Source: Flavobacteriales bacterium (GTDB lineage Bacteria > Bacteroidota > Bacteroidia > Flavobacteriales > Flavobacteriaceae). Taken from it: a stretch of DNA of 64,000 bases. Under the pieces are notes generated by a model, which saw only the letters and a list, made by a program, of their open reading frames with translations, searched no databases and was not told where the DNA came from. The position numbers and the translations under genes are program-made. Of the stretch, positions 54,901 through 64,000 are shown one piece after another. The stretch is from assembly GCA_038259585.1 (NCBI GenBank), contig JBBSOQ010000010.1, positions 30,678-94,677 of the forward strand. Reading direction: 5' to 3'. The first letter of the stretch is position 1. Every line of letters starts with the position of its first letter.

Positions 54901-57390
54901 CGCATTAAAAAGATCTGGTTCATTGGCCAGTGCGCCGTGGGTTACTTGCGAGTAATAAACGGCATTGGCTTCAATAAGCTGTTTGGGGATACCAGATTCC
55001 CAAGTTACACTTTGATCTCCCTCGCTAGTATAAAGGAAATACAGTTGTTTTTTTGGAGGAATCTCGTCAAGATAATAACCGCAAGGAGTCATTTTATCTT
55101 TTCCAGCAATATATACCATGCTTGAATAATCAATCTCATCCCTTTTCTTCAGTATGTTATCGCGGTAATTTTTGAAATAATCTAGATCAGATTGAAGCGG
55201 TAATGGCCAATTCGATTTCCCGAAATACTTTCGCATATTTTCCCAAGTTTCCATTTTTGCGAAATCGTTTTTGGGATCGGTTGTTAAAGGAAGCAACGCC
55301 AAAATACCTGGAAGTTGAGAGAACATTTTTAGCAGGCCTTCCTTAGTATGGAAAAGATCTAATTTGCTCAACTTTTGGATTATGGCATCCTCTCCAAACA
55401 AAACCGAAGGAATTCTAAACGAACCTCCTAGCGGTGAGCCAAGAAAGAGCATTCTAAAACCTTTTGAAGCTTTTAAGTCTTGCCAAGTATCGTCGTGGTT
55501 AAGAATAAAATCGCGTGCTAAAAGTCCGCCCATGGAATGCCCGATAATTTTGATAGGTTGTCCAACTTTAAGCAAACTTTTAATTTTTGTATTGAATTCA
55601 CTTGCACATTCAGGTAGCGGTTTACGCCAATCAAATGGATAAACTACCACATCGTATTTAGCGGATAACCACTTATAAAGCTTGTAATACGAAGTTTTTA
55701 CTACGGAATCTGCAACAATTTTGTTCACATTAGAATAACCAAGATTGATCAGTCCTCCGCTAAGTATACGTCCGTAATGAAGCCAAATTTCCTTATCTTT
55801 TTGTGATAGGTTGGAGCCCATAATACCTGGGAGCATAATAACGATAGGTTTCGTACCTGAAGGTGGCCAAGGAGATGGATAAAGTTCCCCAGATTCCACA
55901 AGAGCTCTATCGCTTCCTGGAATTTCATCCTGTGCAATACATTTAAATCCTGGAATGAGTTCCCCTTCTGCAGTTTTAAGAACCAAGTCTATTGCTTCTC
56001 TAGTTTTATCATTTCCAAAATACTTTACATGGTTAACATCCGCACCTTGGTCAAAGAAATATTGAATGTTGTCTTTACGTTTTGCACCCAAATACATGGA
56101 ATCTGTATTCACCACCAGATCATTACGCTGCCAGTAGAACAATTTTCCGAGGATTACAAAAAGCCCTTGTCCAGAAAAGCTTACCCTTCCATTTCCCGAA
56201 ATAATAGCCAAAGGTTTCCCACTAATAGCGTTTTCTGACGATGGATCATTTAATATTTTGATGAAGGGCGATTCTGGTCTTTGTGCTTCCAAACCCGGAA
56301 GTACATTTACATCATCTTTGCTCTCAACTGCTGCGGAAAGTAATTCTTTTAATATATCTCCAAACGGACCTCCTACTATGTTTATGAGATTAAAAAATAC
56401 ATTCAGTATGTGGTCTAACCTTTTTGAAGCCAGCTTGGTTCCTGCGGCGGGACAACCTACCCTAATAAATTTGGCTACGGTTATCTTTTTATCTTTAAAA
56501 ATTTTGTTCAGCGCCTCTATATTCAGAATGTCATCTTCCCTGTCGCTTTCTTTTTCAAGCAATGCTATGTGATGGTTTGTAAACCCAATGGAAGCTTCAT
56601 CATTATTATTACTGTATTTATTTAAAATATCCCCCACAATTCCACCTCTAGAATGGGTAAGCATGTGCACAACAGAATTATCGGGTAGCATTTGGGCCAA
56701 TTTCACAACATTCAGCAACGGGCTTTCAGTTAGGGTTCTATGCTGAAAAGCTAGCACGTTCTTATCGTAAATTTGGTGTAGCGTGTTCCAAACAGCGGAA
56801 GACTTTAAATCTTGAAATGCTCCGAATGTATCAGAATTTGTTCCGTGGATAAAAAGAAAAAATGGACTATTAGAAGGCTTTCCATCAAAAGTCCCAAACT
56901 TAAAGTCCTTATCAACAGTAAATAGGGCTGCGCCTGTAGCCAAGAAGTTTTTTGGAAGAATGCTGATGTCGATTTCATTTTGCAAATGTTTGTCTTCCAA
57001 CTTTTTTGAAAGCTCTGCAACTCCTTTCCCTATAGCTTTCTTTGCAAATACTTTTAAAAGTTTTACCGCGATTTTACCAATAATTCCTCTTTCTGTTGAA
57101 GGGGTTTCCACAGAATCTGGCAATACAAACACATCTGGCTGCGTATCGCGACTACCGGGAGGTTTTAGGGCTGGATCGAGCTCTGGGAAAACCTCATGCA
57201 TTGTTGAGGCATCACACATCCAAGATGTGCCATCGTCAAGAACTAATTCCAGCAGCTTATCATTTGCCTCAAGTTCTATTTCGTGTTGATTGGAAACATC
57301 CCTATTGCTGGCCTGCAAATTATAAACAACAGCTCCCTCTTCGTCGGTTTCTTTTTTGCCATAAACAACAAGTTTTTTGATTGGTTCCAT
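51907..57390 (-). CDS. 1827-aa protein: two alpha/beta-hydrolase (lipase-like) domains, CHAT caspase-like protease, helical C-terminus
   Basis: THSRGG (Ser247), GHSMGG (Ser619), HLAGHG (His1308), FVNCCH (Cys1348/1349), YGDP. Confidence 0.85.
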   Translation of the reverse strand: MEPIKKLVVYGKKETDEEGAVVYNLQASNRDVSNQHEIELEANDKLLELVLDDGTSWMCDASTMHEVFPELDPALKPPGSRDTQPDVFVLPDSVETPSTERGIIGKIAVKLLKVFAKKAIGKGVAELSKKLEDKHLQNEIDISILPKNFLATGAALFTVDKDFKFGTFDGKPSNSPFFLFIHGTNSDTFGAFQDLKSSAVWNTLHQIYDKNVLAFQHRTLTESPLLNVVKLAQMLPDNSVVHMLTHSRGGIVGDILNKYSNNNDEASIGFTNHHIALLEKESDREDDILNIEALNKIFKDKKITVAKFIRVGCPAAGTKLASKRLDHILNVFFNLINIVGGPFGDILKELLSAAVESKDDVNVLPGLEAQRPESPFIKILNDPSSENAISGKPLAIISGNGRVSFSGQGLFVILGKLFYWQRNDLVVNTDSMYLGAKRKDNIQYFFDQGADVNHVKYFGNDKTREAIDLVLKTAEGELIPGFKCIAQDEIPGSDRALVESGELYPSPWPPSGTKPIVIMLPGIMGSNLSQKDKEIWLHYGRILSGGLINLGYSNVNKIVADSVVKTSYYKLYKWLSAKYDVVVYPFDWRKPLPECASEFNTKIKSLLKVGQPIKIIGHSMGGLLARDFILNHDDTWQDLKASKGFRMLFLGSPLGGSFRIPSVLFGEDAIIQKLSKLDLFHTKEGLLKMFSQLPGILALLPLTTDPKNDFAKMETWENMRKYFGKSNWPLPLQSDLDYFKNYRDNILKKRDEIDYSSMVYIAGKDKMTPCGYYLDEIPPKKQLYFLYTSEGDQSVTWESGIPKQLIEANAVYYSQVTHGALANEPDLFNAIEEILSTGQTKLLRNTKPLLRGEEKIFRAEPDIDFDLSENGLEKTILGLGEEIQPVSSQIPVTVTVSNGDLRYAEYPIIAGHFLNDGVLYAERAIDNYLNGSLTSKHRLGLYPGEIGTNALFGKMNESDFEGSIIIGLGEPDQLTSFQLSKSIEQGVLNYLLSIRGTTIPKKGIGVSSLIIATGYGGLSVEGSLKAIIDGVNRANDKVKMLSDGSYRTVQNIEIIELYADRALNCMYVLNKIANKENSTYNIIIGNKRIKNLLGIQKRTPLDNAEDWWNRITIKFKEGNEQTGEPSSMIFGSSTGDSREEENELYSSTPLIDLFISEVSSSNQWSACTAKTLFELLIPNNLKEKLKRKGNISWILDTKTASYPWELLQDNTTNAKPLCINAGMIRQLSTKDYRINIKRVAEKGALIIADPILNGFISQLPGAKEEGMMVKDTLENVGYPTTSLIGTDAESIVKNFFCNDYTIIHLAGHGVFNPKSPKKSGMVIGKDIFLTVFEIQQMPVVPELVFVNCCHLGYSNSEDEKFYRDRYKLAANIGTQLISIGVKAVIAAGWAVNDAAALDFAHVFYSSMFSGDNFGDAVKNARNYIYEKHPGNNTWGAYQCYGDPFFKLKGISAGKGSWSPSYIVPQEAEIDLDNLLNQLQMATSADKDHLAELNTIMKAVDRDVFRTPQIIERVAKIYQELAMYIDASGNYEELLKMENADFSFSCMEKYCNTRAKMYIREIFDNEETTAASKKEAYQKTERVISDLTVLLFAGETAERHNLLGSAYKRLAMLAQDSNKRTAAYKNAISHYDRAYNNNSNSNKIYSIANSIELSCLLVFSGAMKPGGDFTVEGKKYKLRSISEAQQILENEQNRLKQKSESEDLNYWDLIAFLNIDLCLLLILEDEKIEIKWNEVIQNFKTIWRKAGSEAKKAAELEHLEFLTQSLNVEAGLIGDGYKPNKDLEIRISELRTALSGVRKKMKSENTVKQKLKTAKQSPKPKPKAKPKK

Positions 57391-57498
57391 AGTTTCGATT
57401 ATTTGGTTATTTTTTTAAAATAAGTTAGACTTTCTTATCAAAAATCTGGATTTGAACATATATTGCTCAAATTCAATAAATTACTTAAACTTTAAAAG

Positions 57499-57526
57499 TA
57501 AGGTTAAATTAACAAATTTAACCTTA
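57499..57526. promoter_or_regulatory. 12-bp perfect inverted repeat overlapping a -7 box for the CHAT gene
   Basis: TAAGGTTAAATT-AACA-AATTTAACCTTA; - strand TAAATTTG at 57513-57520. Confidence 0.5.
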
Positions 57527-57704
57527 AATTGGTAGTTATGAGTTAATTAAATAAAAAAGAGAAGTGTTTGTGAGGAGATTAAAAATTACAATATTTTTTC
57601 ATATTTGAAAAAAATATTCGTCCATTTTTTTTGACATTATAAACTTTCAAAATATGTCATTTTTTATATCATATTTTCACTATCTTTTTGAAAACAAAAC
57701 CGTT

Positions 57705-58820
57705 ATGAAGGTAAAATTTACATTTCTTCTGTTCTTGACATTTTCAGTGTCTTGTAGTCAGAAAAAGAAAAAAGACGTTGCGCTACAAATTGAAACGCCT
57801 TCCTATAAAGTTGACGAAGTGGTAAAAAATCTTTCAAACCCGTGGGGAATGACGTGGCTTCCCGATGAAAGCATGTTGATTACAGAAAAAGATGGAAGAT
57901 TAATTCATTTTAAAAACGGTAAAAAGACCGAAATAAATAATGTGCCGAAAGTATACAACAGCGGCCAAGGCGGCTTATTGGATATTGAATTGCACCCAAA
58001 CTACAAAGAAAATGGTTGGATTTACATGACTTATGCTTCAGAAGAAGGTGCAGGTAAAGGCGGACATACTGCTTTGATGCGCTGTAAATTGGAAGGAAAT
58101 TCACTCACAAATATTGAAAGGCTTTATAAAGCTGAACCCAACACTACGGCCGGGCAGCATTTTGGGTCTCGGATTGAATTTGATAACGACGGTTTTGTTT
58201 ATTTCTCTATTGGTGAACGTGGCGAAAGAGACGTAAATCCTCAAGATATTAGCCGCGATGGTGGAAAAATTTACAGATTGAATGATGACGGAAGTATTCC
58301 AAAAGACAATCCTTTTTACAACGAAGCAAACGCAAAAAAAGCAATTTACACATACGGAAACCGCAATCCGCAAGGAATAGCGAAGCATCCTGAAACTGGA
58401 AAAATTTGGATGCACGAGCACGGACCAAAAGGTGGGGATGAAATAAATATTGTTAAAAAAGGAGCTAATTATGGCTGGCCAATTGTGACCTACGGAGTTA
58501 ATTATAGTGGTTCAGAAATTACAAATGAAACCACAAAACCGGGGATTGAACCGCCCATTTATTACTGGATTCCATCAATTGCACCCTGCGGAATGGCATT
58601 CGTTACCGGCGATAAATATCCACTATGGAAAGGCAAGTTAATGGTTGGTTCGCTGAAGTTTGGTTATGTGGAACTGCTTACGTTAGAAGGCGAAAAAGTT
58701 ACCAATCGTGAAAAAATTGTACAAGATATTGGCCGTGTTCGCAATGTAAAAATGGGACCTGATGGATTTATATACATCGGCTTGGAAGGACAAGGAATTT
58801 TCAGATTAATTCCTGAATGA
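57705..58820 (+). CDS. PQQ-dependent sugar dehydrogenase (soluble aldose/sorbosone dehydrogenase family) lipoprotein
   Basis: Lipobox SVSC; GQGGLLD, QHFGSR, YGNRNPQG, EHGPKGGDE, GANYGWP. Confidence 0.9.
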   Translation: MKVKFTFLLFLTFSVSCSQKKKKDVALQIETPSYKVDEVVKNLSNPWGMTWLPDESMLITEKDGRLIHFKNGKKTEINNVPKVYNSGQGGLLDIELHPNYKENGWIYMTYASEEGAGKGGHTALMRCKLEGNSLTNIERLYKAEPNTTAGQHFGSRIEFDNDGFVYFSIGERGERDVNPQDISRDGGKIYRLNDDGSIPKDNPFYNEANAKKAIYTYGNRNPQGIAKHPETGKIWMHEHGPKGGDEINIVKKGANYGWPIVTYGVNYSGSEITNETTKPGIEPPIYYWIPSIAPCGMAFVTGDKYPLWKGKLMVGSLKFGYVELLTLEGEKVTNREKIVQDIGRVRNVKMGPDGFIYIGLEGQGIFRLIPE

Positions 58821-58882
58821 AAAAAGCCACGAATTCACAAATATCTTTAAGATTATTCGTGAACTCGTAGCCTTAAAAAGTG

Positions 58883-60517
58883 TTACTTTTTAGCTCCTTT
58901 TTTCTTTTTCCTGTAGAAATCGAAAGCAAACCAACCAATCACAGCAATCACAAAATACATTAAGTAAGAAACAGGTTTTCCACTTCCACCAACGGTAGTG
59001 AAGAGGCGTTCCCAACGTATTTTATTTGCAATTCCTTGCGCATTACTATCCCAGCTCATCCAAATAAAAACAGGTTTACCCACCACATGATTAAAAGGCA
59101 CATAACCCCAAGTACGCGCGTCTTGCGAATTATCACGATTATCACCCATCATCCAGTAATAATCCATCTTGAATGTATATTCAGTAATAGGCTGGCCGTT
59201 TAGCAAAACTTGGGTTCCAGATTGGGTAATTTTATTATTGATTCCTATTTCTCTTCCCTCGTAAACTTCAATAATTCTTTTGTATAATGAAATGGTTTCT
59301 GGAGTGATTGCAACCTTTGCACCAGCTTCTGGAATATAGAGTGGTCCAAAATTACTATTGTTCCAATTTACCAATCCATTATTTGGGAACATTGCCTTAT
59401 TGTTTACAACAATTTGGTCATTCTCATCCATATATCTTTGAATTTCCATCTCTCCTTTTGGAGAAATATCTCTTCGAATAGCTTCAATGTTTGGATTGTT
59501 TTTCAACCTTGCGGCAACTTCTTCCGTAACAGCTCCAATCTTAAATTCGCCTGTTACCTGATCATATTGAGAAGTTCCATCAGTTATATCATATTGCAGG
59601 TATAATTGCTGATCGCTCAATCTGGAATTTTGATCTTTGTACTTAACCCAATAAGAATGTTGAAGTCTGGCGCGATCTGGTAATTCATTTTGTTTTCCAT
59701 CAATAAAAACATACCCATCACGAACTTCCAAAGAATCTCCTGGTAAGCCTACACAACGTTTTACGTAGTTTGATTCTTTGTCAATTGGTTTTGCAACACT
59801 TCCGCGCATGTGGCCGGGACGAATATCAATCAATGTATCTACTGGCCAGTTGAAAACTACTATATCATTTCGTTTAATTTTCTGAAAGCCTGGTAATCTA
59901 AAATATGGTATTTGAGGTTTCGGCAAATATGATTTTGTTCCAACAACTGGAATTGTATCGTGCACCATCGGAAAAGCAATTGGAGTCAATGGCGCTCTAG
60001 CTCCATAATGAAATTTGCTTACAAACAGGAAATCGCCCACCAAAAGTGTTTTTTCCAAAGAAGAACTTGGAATTGTAAAAGGCTGCATAATATAGGTATG
60101 CACAATGGTTGCCGCAACCACCGCAAACAAAATAGAACTAACCCATTCTCCAGTTGAAGTGCGTGGTTTTAAACTTCTATCTTTTATATAAGTCACATTT
60201 TGGGTGTAGTTTATGTAGTAAATATATAGACCCAAAGTCACGATGCCCATGATAGTATCGGTTGTCGAATTTCGACCAAAACTGCGCAAGGTTTCAACCC
60301 AAATTACTGGAAACATAATTAAGTTAACTATCGGCACGAACAACAAAATAGTCCACCATCTTGGACGATTTATAATTTTCATTAATATCACCGAATTGTA
60401 AACTGGTACAGCAGCTTCCCAAGCTTTTCTACCTGCTATTTGGTATAACTTCCAAGTTCCCGCAAAATGGATTACCTGAACTACCAAAAAAAATATTAAC
60501 CAACCTGTCCAACTCAT
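58883..60517 (-). CDS. lepB: Signal peptidase I
   Basis: IPSSSLEKTL, YVKRCVG, MMGDNRDNSQDAR. Confidence 0.95.
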   Translation of the reverse strand: MSWTGWLIFFLVVQVIHFAGTWKLYQIAGRKAWEAAVPVYNSVILMKIINRPRWWTILLFVPIVNLIMFPVIWVETLRSFGRNSTTDTIMGIVTLGLYIYYINYTQNVTYIKDRSLKPRTSTGEWVSSILFAVVAATIVHTYIMQPFTIPSSSLEKTLLVGDFLFVSKFHYGARAPLTPIAFPMVHDTIPVVGTKSYLPKPQIPYFRLPGFQKIKRNDIVVFNWPVDTLIDIRPGHMRGSVAKPIDKESNYVKRCVGLPGDSLEVRDGYVFIDGKQNELPDRARLQHSYWVKYKDQNSRLSDQQLYLQYDITDGTSQYDQVTGEFKIGAVTEEVAARLKNNPNIEAIRRDISPKGEMEIQRYMDENDQIVVNNKAMFPNNGLVNWNNSNFGPLYIPEAGAKVAITPETISLYKRIIEVYEGREIGINNKITQSGTQVLLNGQPITEYTFKMDYYWMMGDNRDNSQDARTWGYVPFNHVVGKPVFIWMSWDSNAQGIANKIRWERLFTTVGGSGKPVSYLMYFVIAVIGWFAFDFYRKKKKGAKK

Positions 60518-60556
60518 AATTATATGTTTTTCTGAAGTTAAAACTTCTGCAATTTA

Positions 60557-61258
60557 TTATTTAATGCCAAGAACATCTTTCATCGTATAGATACCTTTCT
60601 TTTTTTGCAACCATTCCGAAGCCAAAATAGCTCCTAGTGCAAATCCTTCACGGCTGTGCGCTTCGTGTTTTAGCGAAATAGTATCTATGGAAGAATCATA
60701 AGAAACAATATGAGTCCCCTTTACCTCTTCTTCCCTTTTAGCGGTAATGTTCAAACTATTTTCTTCAGAAGTGTTTAGCTTCCAATCCTTTTTATCACTA
60801 TGCTTTAAAATTCCTTCGGCAATGGTGATTGCTGTTCCGCTGGGTGCATCTTTCTTTTCAAGGTGATGGATTTCCTCAACTGAAACATTGTATTCTTTCC
60901 AAGGCGCCATCAACTTTGCGGCATATTCGTTTATGCTAAAAAAAAGGTTTACCCCTACGCTGAAGTTGGACGCAGTTATAAAACTTCCGTTACGTTTTTC
61001 ACATAAGTTTACCATTTCATCATAATTCTTCAACCAACCAGTTGTACCTGAAACAACAGGAATTCCAGCCTTCAAAGCTTTTGAAATATTAGCAACAGCA
61101 GCATCAGGCGATGAAAATTCTATTGCAACTTCCGCGGCATCAAAATTTCCTTCTTCAGAATTGCTTGTACTTTTAAAAACCACAGAATGCCCTTTTTCTA
61201 AAGCTAATTTTTCAATCGTCTTGCCCATTTTTCCGTAACCGAGTAATGCTATTTTCAT
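60557..61258 (-). CDS. dapB: 4-hydroxy-tetrahydrodipicolinate reductase
   Basis: GYGKMG, VSGTTG, EIHHLEKKDAPSGTA. Confidence 0.95.
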   Translation of the reverse strand: MKIALLGYGKMGKTIEKLALEKGHSVVFKSTSNSEEGNFDAAEVAIEFSSPDAAVANISKALKAGIPVVSGTTGWLKNYDEMVNLCEKRNGSFITASNFSVGVNLFFSINEYAAKLMAPWKEYNVSVEEIHHLEKKDAPSGTAITIAEGILKHSDKKDWKLNTSEENSLNITAKREEEVKGTHIVSYDSSIDTISLKHEAHSREGFALGAILASEWLQKKKGIYTMKDVLGIK

Positions 61259-61265
61259 AGAAAGG

Positions 61266-61847
61266 TTATTTAAAACGATAGGTTAAAGACATTCCATATT
61301 GCGTTTTGGCATTCAATGGATTTACATCAAAATTAGGTTGAAGCGAAAGATCGTCGCTCACTTCATATTGTCTTAAATGGGCGTCAACGTTAGCGTCAAC
61401 AACATTCAATAAATAAAAAGCAATGGTGACAATAATACTAATGTCTTTATTTGTTTGTGCAGATTTCTGGGCATTTATTAATCTGTCGTCCGAAATTCCT
61501 TGAAATTCATCATCGGTATAGCCCGCAAGCCTTCTTTTATAAGCATTCCTGAAACGGTCATAATCGTCATCCTGCTGTTTGTAGAAGTAAATTCCGGCCG
61601 CCATTCCCGCATAAATTATTGGGATTTTCCAATACCTCTTATTGTAAACTTGCCCAAGGCCTGGAATTACAGCCGAATAAAAGGCTGCTTTTGCGGGAGC
61701 CAATGGATTGTATTCTTCTTTTTGAAGAATTGAATCTTTTACAACGATAATTTTTTCATCCTTTTTTACCACCAATGAGTCAGAAGTCTGCGCAAACAAA
61801 GGTGTGGCAAAGAATAAAATAAAAATATATAGAAGGTTATTTTTCAC
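61266..61847 (-). CDS. Conserved membrane protein (DUF5683-like)
   Basis: SAVIPGLGQVYNKRYWK, NVVDANVDAHL; sits between parB and dapB. Confidence 0.65.
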   Translation of the reverse strand: MKNNLLYIFILFFATPLFAQTSDSLVVKKDEKIIVVKDSILQKEEYNPLAPAKAAFYSAVIPGLGQVYNKRYWKIPIIYAGMAAGIYFYKQQDDDYDRFRNAYKRRLAGYTDDEFQGISDDRLINAQKSAQTNKDISIIVTIAFYLLNVVDANVDAHLRQYEVSDDLSLQPNFDVNPLNAKTQYGMSLTYRFK

Positions 61848-62736
61848 TTTTGATTAGCTTCAAGATACGTTCGAAGTCTTCTTTATTTTTAAAAGGAACA
61901 ACAAGTTGCCCTTTCCCAGATTTAGAAATTTTAACCTCAACTAATGTTTCAAAAAGATCCGTCAATTCCTTTTTTGCTTTTTTAGCGAAAGGCGGGGCGC
62001 TCGTTTTTTCTGTTGCAGCTTTTTGATTGGGATTTTTATAATTTCGAACCAAAGCTTCCGTATCACGAACGGAAAGGTTTTGACTTAAAATTTTCTCATA
62101 AATATCAAGCTGCTCGCTTAAATCATCCACATTTATCAATGCACGACCGTGGCCCATACTGATGAAACCATCGCGCATTCCGGTTTGAATTATTGGATCC
62201 AATTTCAACAAGCGCAAATAATTGGCAATTGTTGAACGGTTCTTCCCTACTCTGTCGCTAAGTTCTTCTTGGGTAACATTTATTTCTTCAATCAATCGCT
62301 GATAGGACAGTGCAATTTCAATTGGATCTAAATCTTGCCTTTGGATATTTTCAACCAAAGCCATTTCCAAGGATTCCTGATCGTTTGCAATACGGATGTA
62401 TGCTGGAATGGTTTCCAAACCAATCAATTTTGAAGCGCGAAAACGACGCTCTCCACTAACTAATTGGTATTTATTAAAGTCTAATTTACGAACCGTAATT
62501 GGCTGAATAACCCCAAGTTCTCTAATAGATGAAGCCAATTCCCGAAGTGATTCTTCGTTAAAGCTAGTTCGCGGCTGAAAAGGGTTTACTTCAATACTTC
62601 CCAAATCCAATTCCACAATACTGCCAACAACCTTGTCGGCATTTTTGTCTGCAACAGATTTTATATCATTGGAAGGATCATTCAACAGTGCTGAAAGTCC
62701 GCGGCCCAAGGCTTGTTTTTTGGTCGCTTTCGCCAT
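61837..62736 (-). CDS. parB: Chromosome partitioning protein ParB
   Basis: ALGRGL, NPFQPR, SGERRFRA, ENIQRQDL. Confidence 0.95.
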   Translation of the reverse strand: MAKATKKQALGRGLSALLNDPSNDIKSVADKNADKVVGSIVELDLGSIEVNPFQPRTSFNEESLRELASSIRELGVIQPITVRKLDFNKYQLVSGERRFRASKLIGLETIPAYIRIANDQESLEMALVENIQRQDLDPIEIALSYQRLIEEINVTQEELSDRVGKNRSTIANYLRLLKLDPIIQTGMRDGFISMGHGRALINVDDLSEQLDIYEKILSQNLSVRDTEALVRNYKNPNQKAATEKTSAPPFAKKAKKELTDLFETLVEVKISKSGKGQLVVPFKNKEDFERILKLIKSEK

Positions 62737-63507
62737 TTAGTTTTTTTCGTTTTTCTTAATTAATTCGTGGGCCAAATTTAAATAATTATCGGCTCCTTTA
62801 CTTGAGGCATCATAACTAATAATGCTTTCACCATAACTAGGCGCTTCACTTAAACGCACATTGCGCTGAATGATTGTTTCAAAAACCATTTCGTTAAAAT
62901 GCTTTTTCACCTCATCAACTACTTGGTTTGAAAGTCGTAAACGCTGATCATACATTGTCAGTAACAATCCTTCAATATCAAGATTTTCGTTGTGTATTTT
63001 TTGAACGCTTTTGATAGTATTTAATAGTTTTCCAAGTCCTTCCAAAGCGAAGTATTCACATTGAATTGGGATGAGTACTGAATCTGCTGCAGTAAGGGCA
63101 TTTAACGTCAGTAAACCCAATGATGGCGCGCAATCTATGAGAATATAATCGTAATCTGCTTTTAAGCTTTCAATAGCTTTTTTCAGCATATATTCACGGT
63201 TTTCTACATCAACCAATTCGATTTCGATCGCTACCAAATCGATGTGGGAAGGTATTAAATCTAGATTGGGAGATTTTGTGGAAACAATAGCTTCCTTTGC
63301 CGTGGCGCTGTGCTCAAGCAATTGATAGGTTCCAACTTCAACACTTTCAACATCAATTCCCAACCCTGAAGTTGCATTGGCTTGCGGATCTGCATCAATA
63401 AGTAAAACCTTTTTTTCCAAAACGCCCAATGAGGCCGCTAAATTTACTGAGGTCGTGGTCTTGCCCACGCCTCCTTTTTGGTTTGCAATTGCAATAATTT
63501 TACCCAT
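62737..63507 (-). CDS. parA: Chromosome partitioning ATPase ParA/Soj
   Basis: NQKGGVGKTT, DADPQAN, DCAPSLG, LSEAPS. Confidence 0.96.
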   Translation of the reverse strand: MGKIIAIANQKGGVGKTTTSVNLAASLGVLEKKVLLIDADPQANATSGLGIDVESVEVGTYQLLEHSATAKEAIVSTKSPNLDLIPSHIDLVAIEIELVDVENREYMLKKAIESLKADYDYILIDCAPSLGLLTLNALTAADSVLIPIQCEYFALEGLGKLLNTIKSVQKIHNENLDIEGLLLTMYDQRLRLSNQVVDEVKKHFNEMVFETIIQRNVRLSEAPSYGESIISYDASSKGADNYLNLAHELIKKNEKN

Positions 63508-63668
63508 TAATTTGCTTGAAATTTTAGCAGTTAAAAGTACGATTAATTATGTGGATAGAAAATCATTTTGTTAACAGGAAGTGAACATTGGCTCTAGCCG
63601 GTAAGCTTTAGGCTATAAGCTTTTACTTATTTTCCTTAAAGCCTATCTTATATAGCTTAAAACATTTT

Positions 63669-64000
63669 TTATTTACTTTTCTTGTCACGGATCATTGCTT
63701 CCAGCATATCCCACATTTCTTGGGGAACTTCTTCTAGAAGGTTCATTTGTCCAGCACCTTTTAGCCATTCGCCTCCATCTATCACAACTATTTCTCCGTT
63801 TATGTAGGCTGAAAAATCTGAAACTAAGTAAGCTGCAAGATTTGCCAATTCTTGATGTTGGCCAACACGTTTAACAGGAACTTTTTTAGCTGGATCGAAT
63901 TTTTCCTTTAAATCGCCCGGAAGTAATCTGTCCCAAGCCCCTTTAGTTGGAAATGGTCCCGGAGCAATCGCGTTAAAACGAATTCCGTATTTTGCCCACT
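63669..64000 (-). CDS. 3' part of an SDR oxidoreductase (2,4-dienoyl-CoA reductase-like), truncated by the window edge
   Basis: Hand translation WAKYGIRFNAIAPGPF...YINGEIVVIDGG...KKSK*. Confidence 0.85.
   Translation of the reverse strand, partial: WAKYGIRFNAIAPGPFPTKGAWDRLLPGDLKEKFDPAKKVPVKRVGQHQELANLAAYLVSDFSAYINGEIVVIDGGEWLKGAGQMNLLEEVPQEMWDMLEAMIRDKKSK

Noticed and set aside
206-63574. Many short antisense or overlapping ORFs in the six-frame track (e.g. 6963-7466, 24764-25306, 48985-49707)
   Set aside because: They lie within well-supported genes on the other strand or frame and show no motifs; shadow ORFs.
63590-63660. AAGCTTT/AGGCTAT heptamer-like tract after the SDR gene
   Set aside because: Too degenerate to define; probably the same generic intergenic repeat class.
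61837-63668. parS site near parAB
   Set aside because: No GTTCCACGTGGAAC-like palindrome seen by eye.

Overview
AT-rich Flavobacteriaceae-type (Bacteroidota) chromosomal window with about 55 CDS. I saw no rRNA, tRNA, CRISPR array, integrase or transposase. Housekeeping blocks: trxA-deoC-deoD; acyl-CoA carboxylase trio; parA-parB-DUF5683-dapB-lepB. The main result is regulatory: two palindromic operator families, each at a fixed distance from a Bacteroidota -7 promoter box (TAnnTTTG-like). (1) GTAAC-N4-GTTAC occurs 7 times, upstream of a sulfide-oxidation gene set (sqr, cydAB, peroxiredoxin plus persulfide dioxygenase/rhodanese, TauE exporter, DUF3365 cytochrome c plus TPMT-like methyltransferase, DUF302-cytochrome b, TolC-RND operon). 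It is probably read by the adjacent Cys-rich Crp/Fnr protein, which has an NtcA-like recognition helix. (2) TGAY-N4-RTCA occurs 9 times and is probably read by a REC-Crp/Fnr fusion paired with a FixL-like heme-PAS kinase. All 16 sites are centred 36.5 bp from the last base of a -7-like box, and sqr carries one of each. Other candidates: two putative metal-sensing leader/arrest peptides ending xPP-x3-stop upstream of an OprC-like copper receptor and a CzcA pump; an unannotated 46-aa ORF behind sqr; a frameshifted membrane gene behind cydB; nested REP-like elements; a (GAGTAGT)13 tandem repeat; and a stand-alone 1827-aa protein with two lipase-type hydrolase domains plus a CHAT caspase-like protease, which looks like a conflict/defence protein. 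All motif work was done by eye; no database searches were run.
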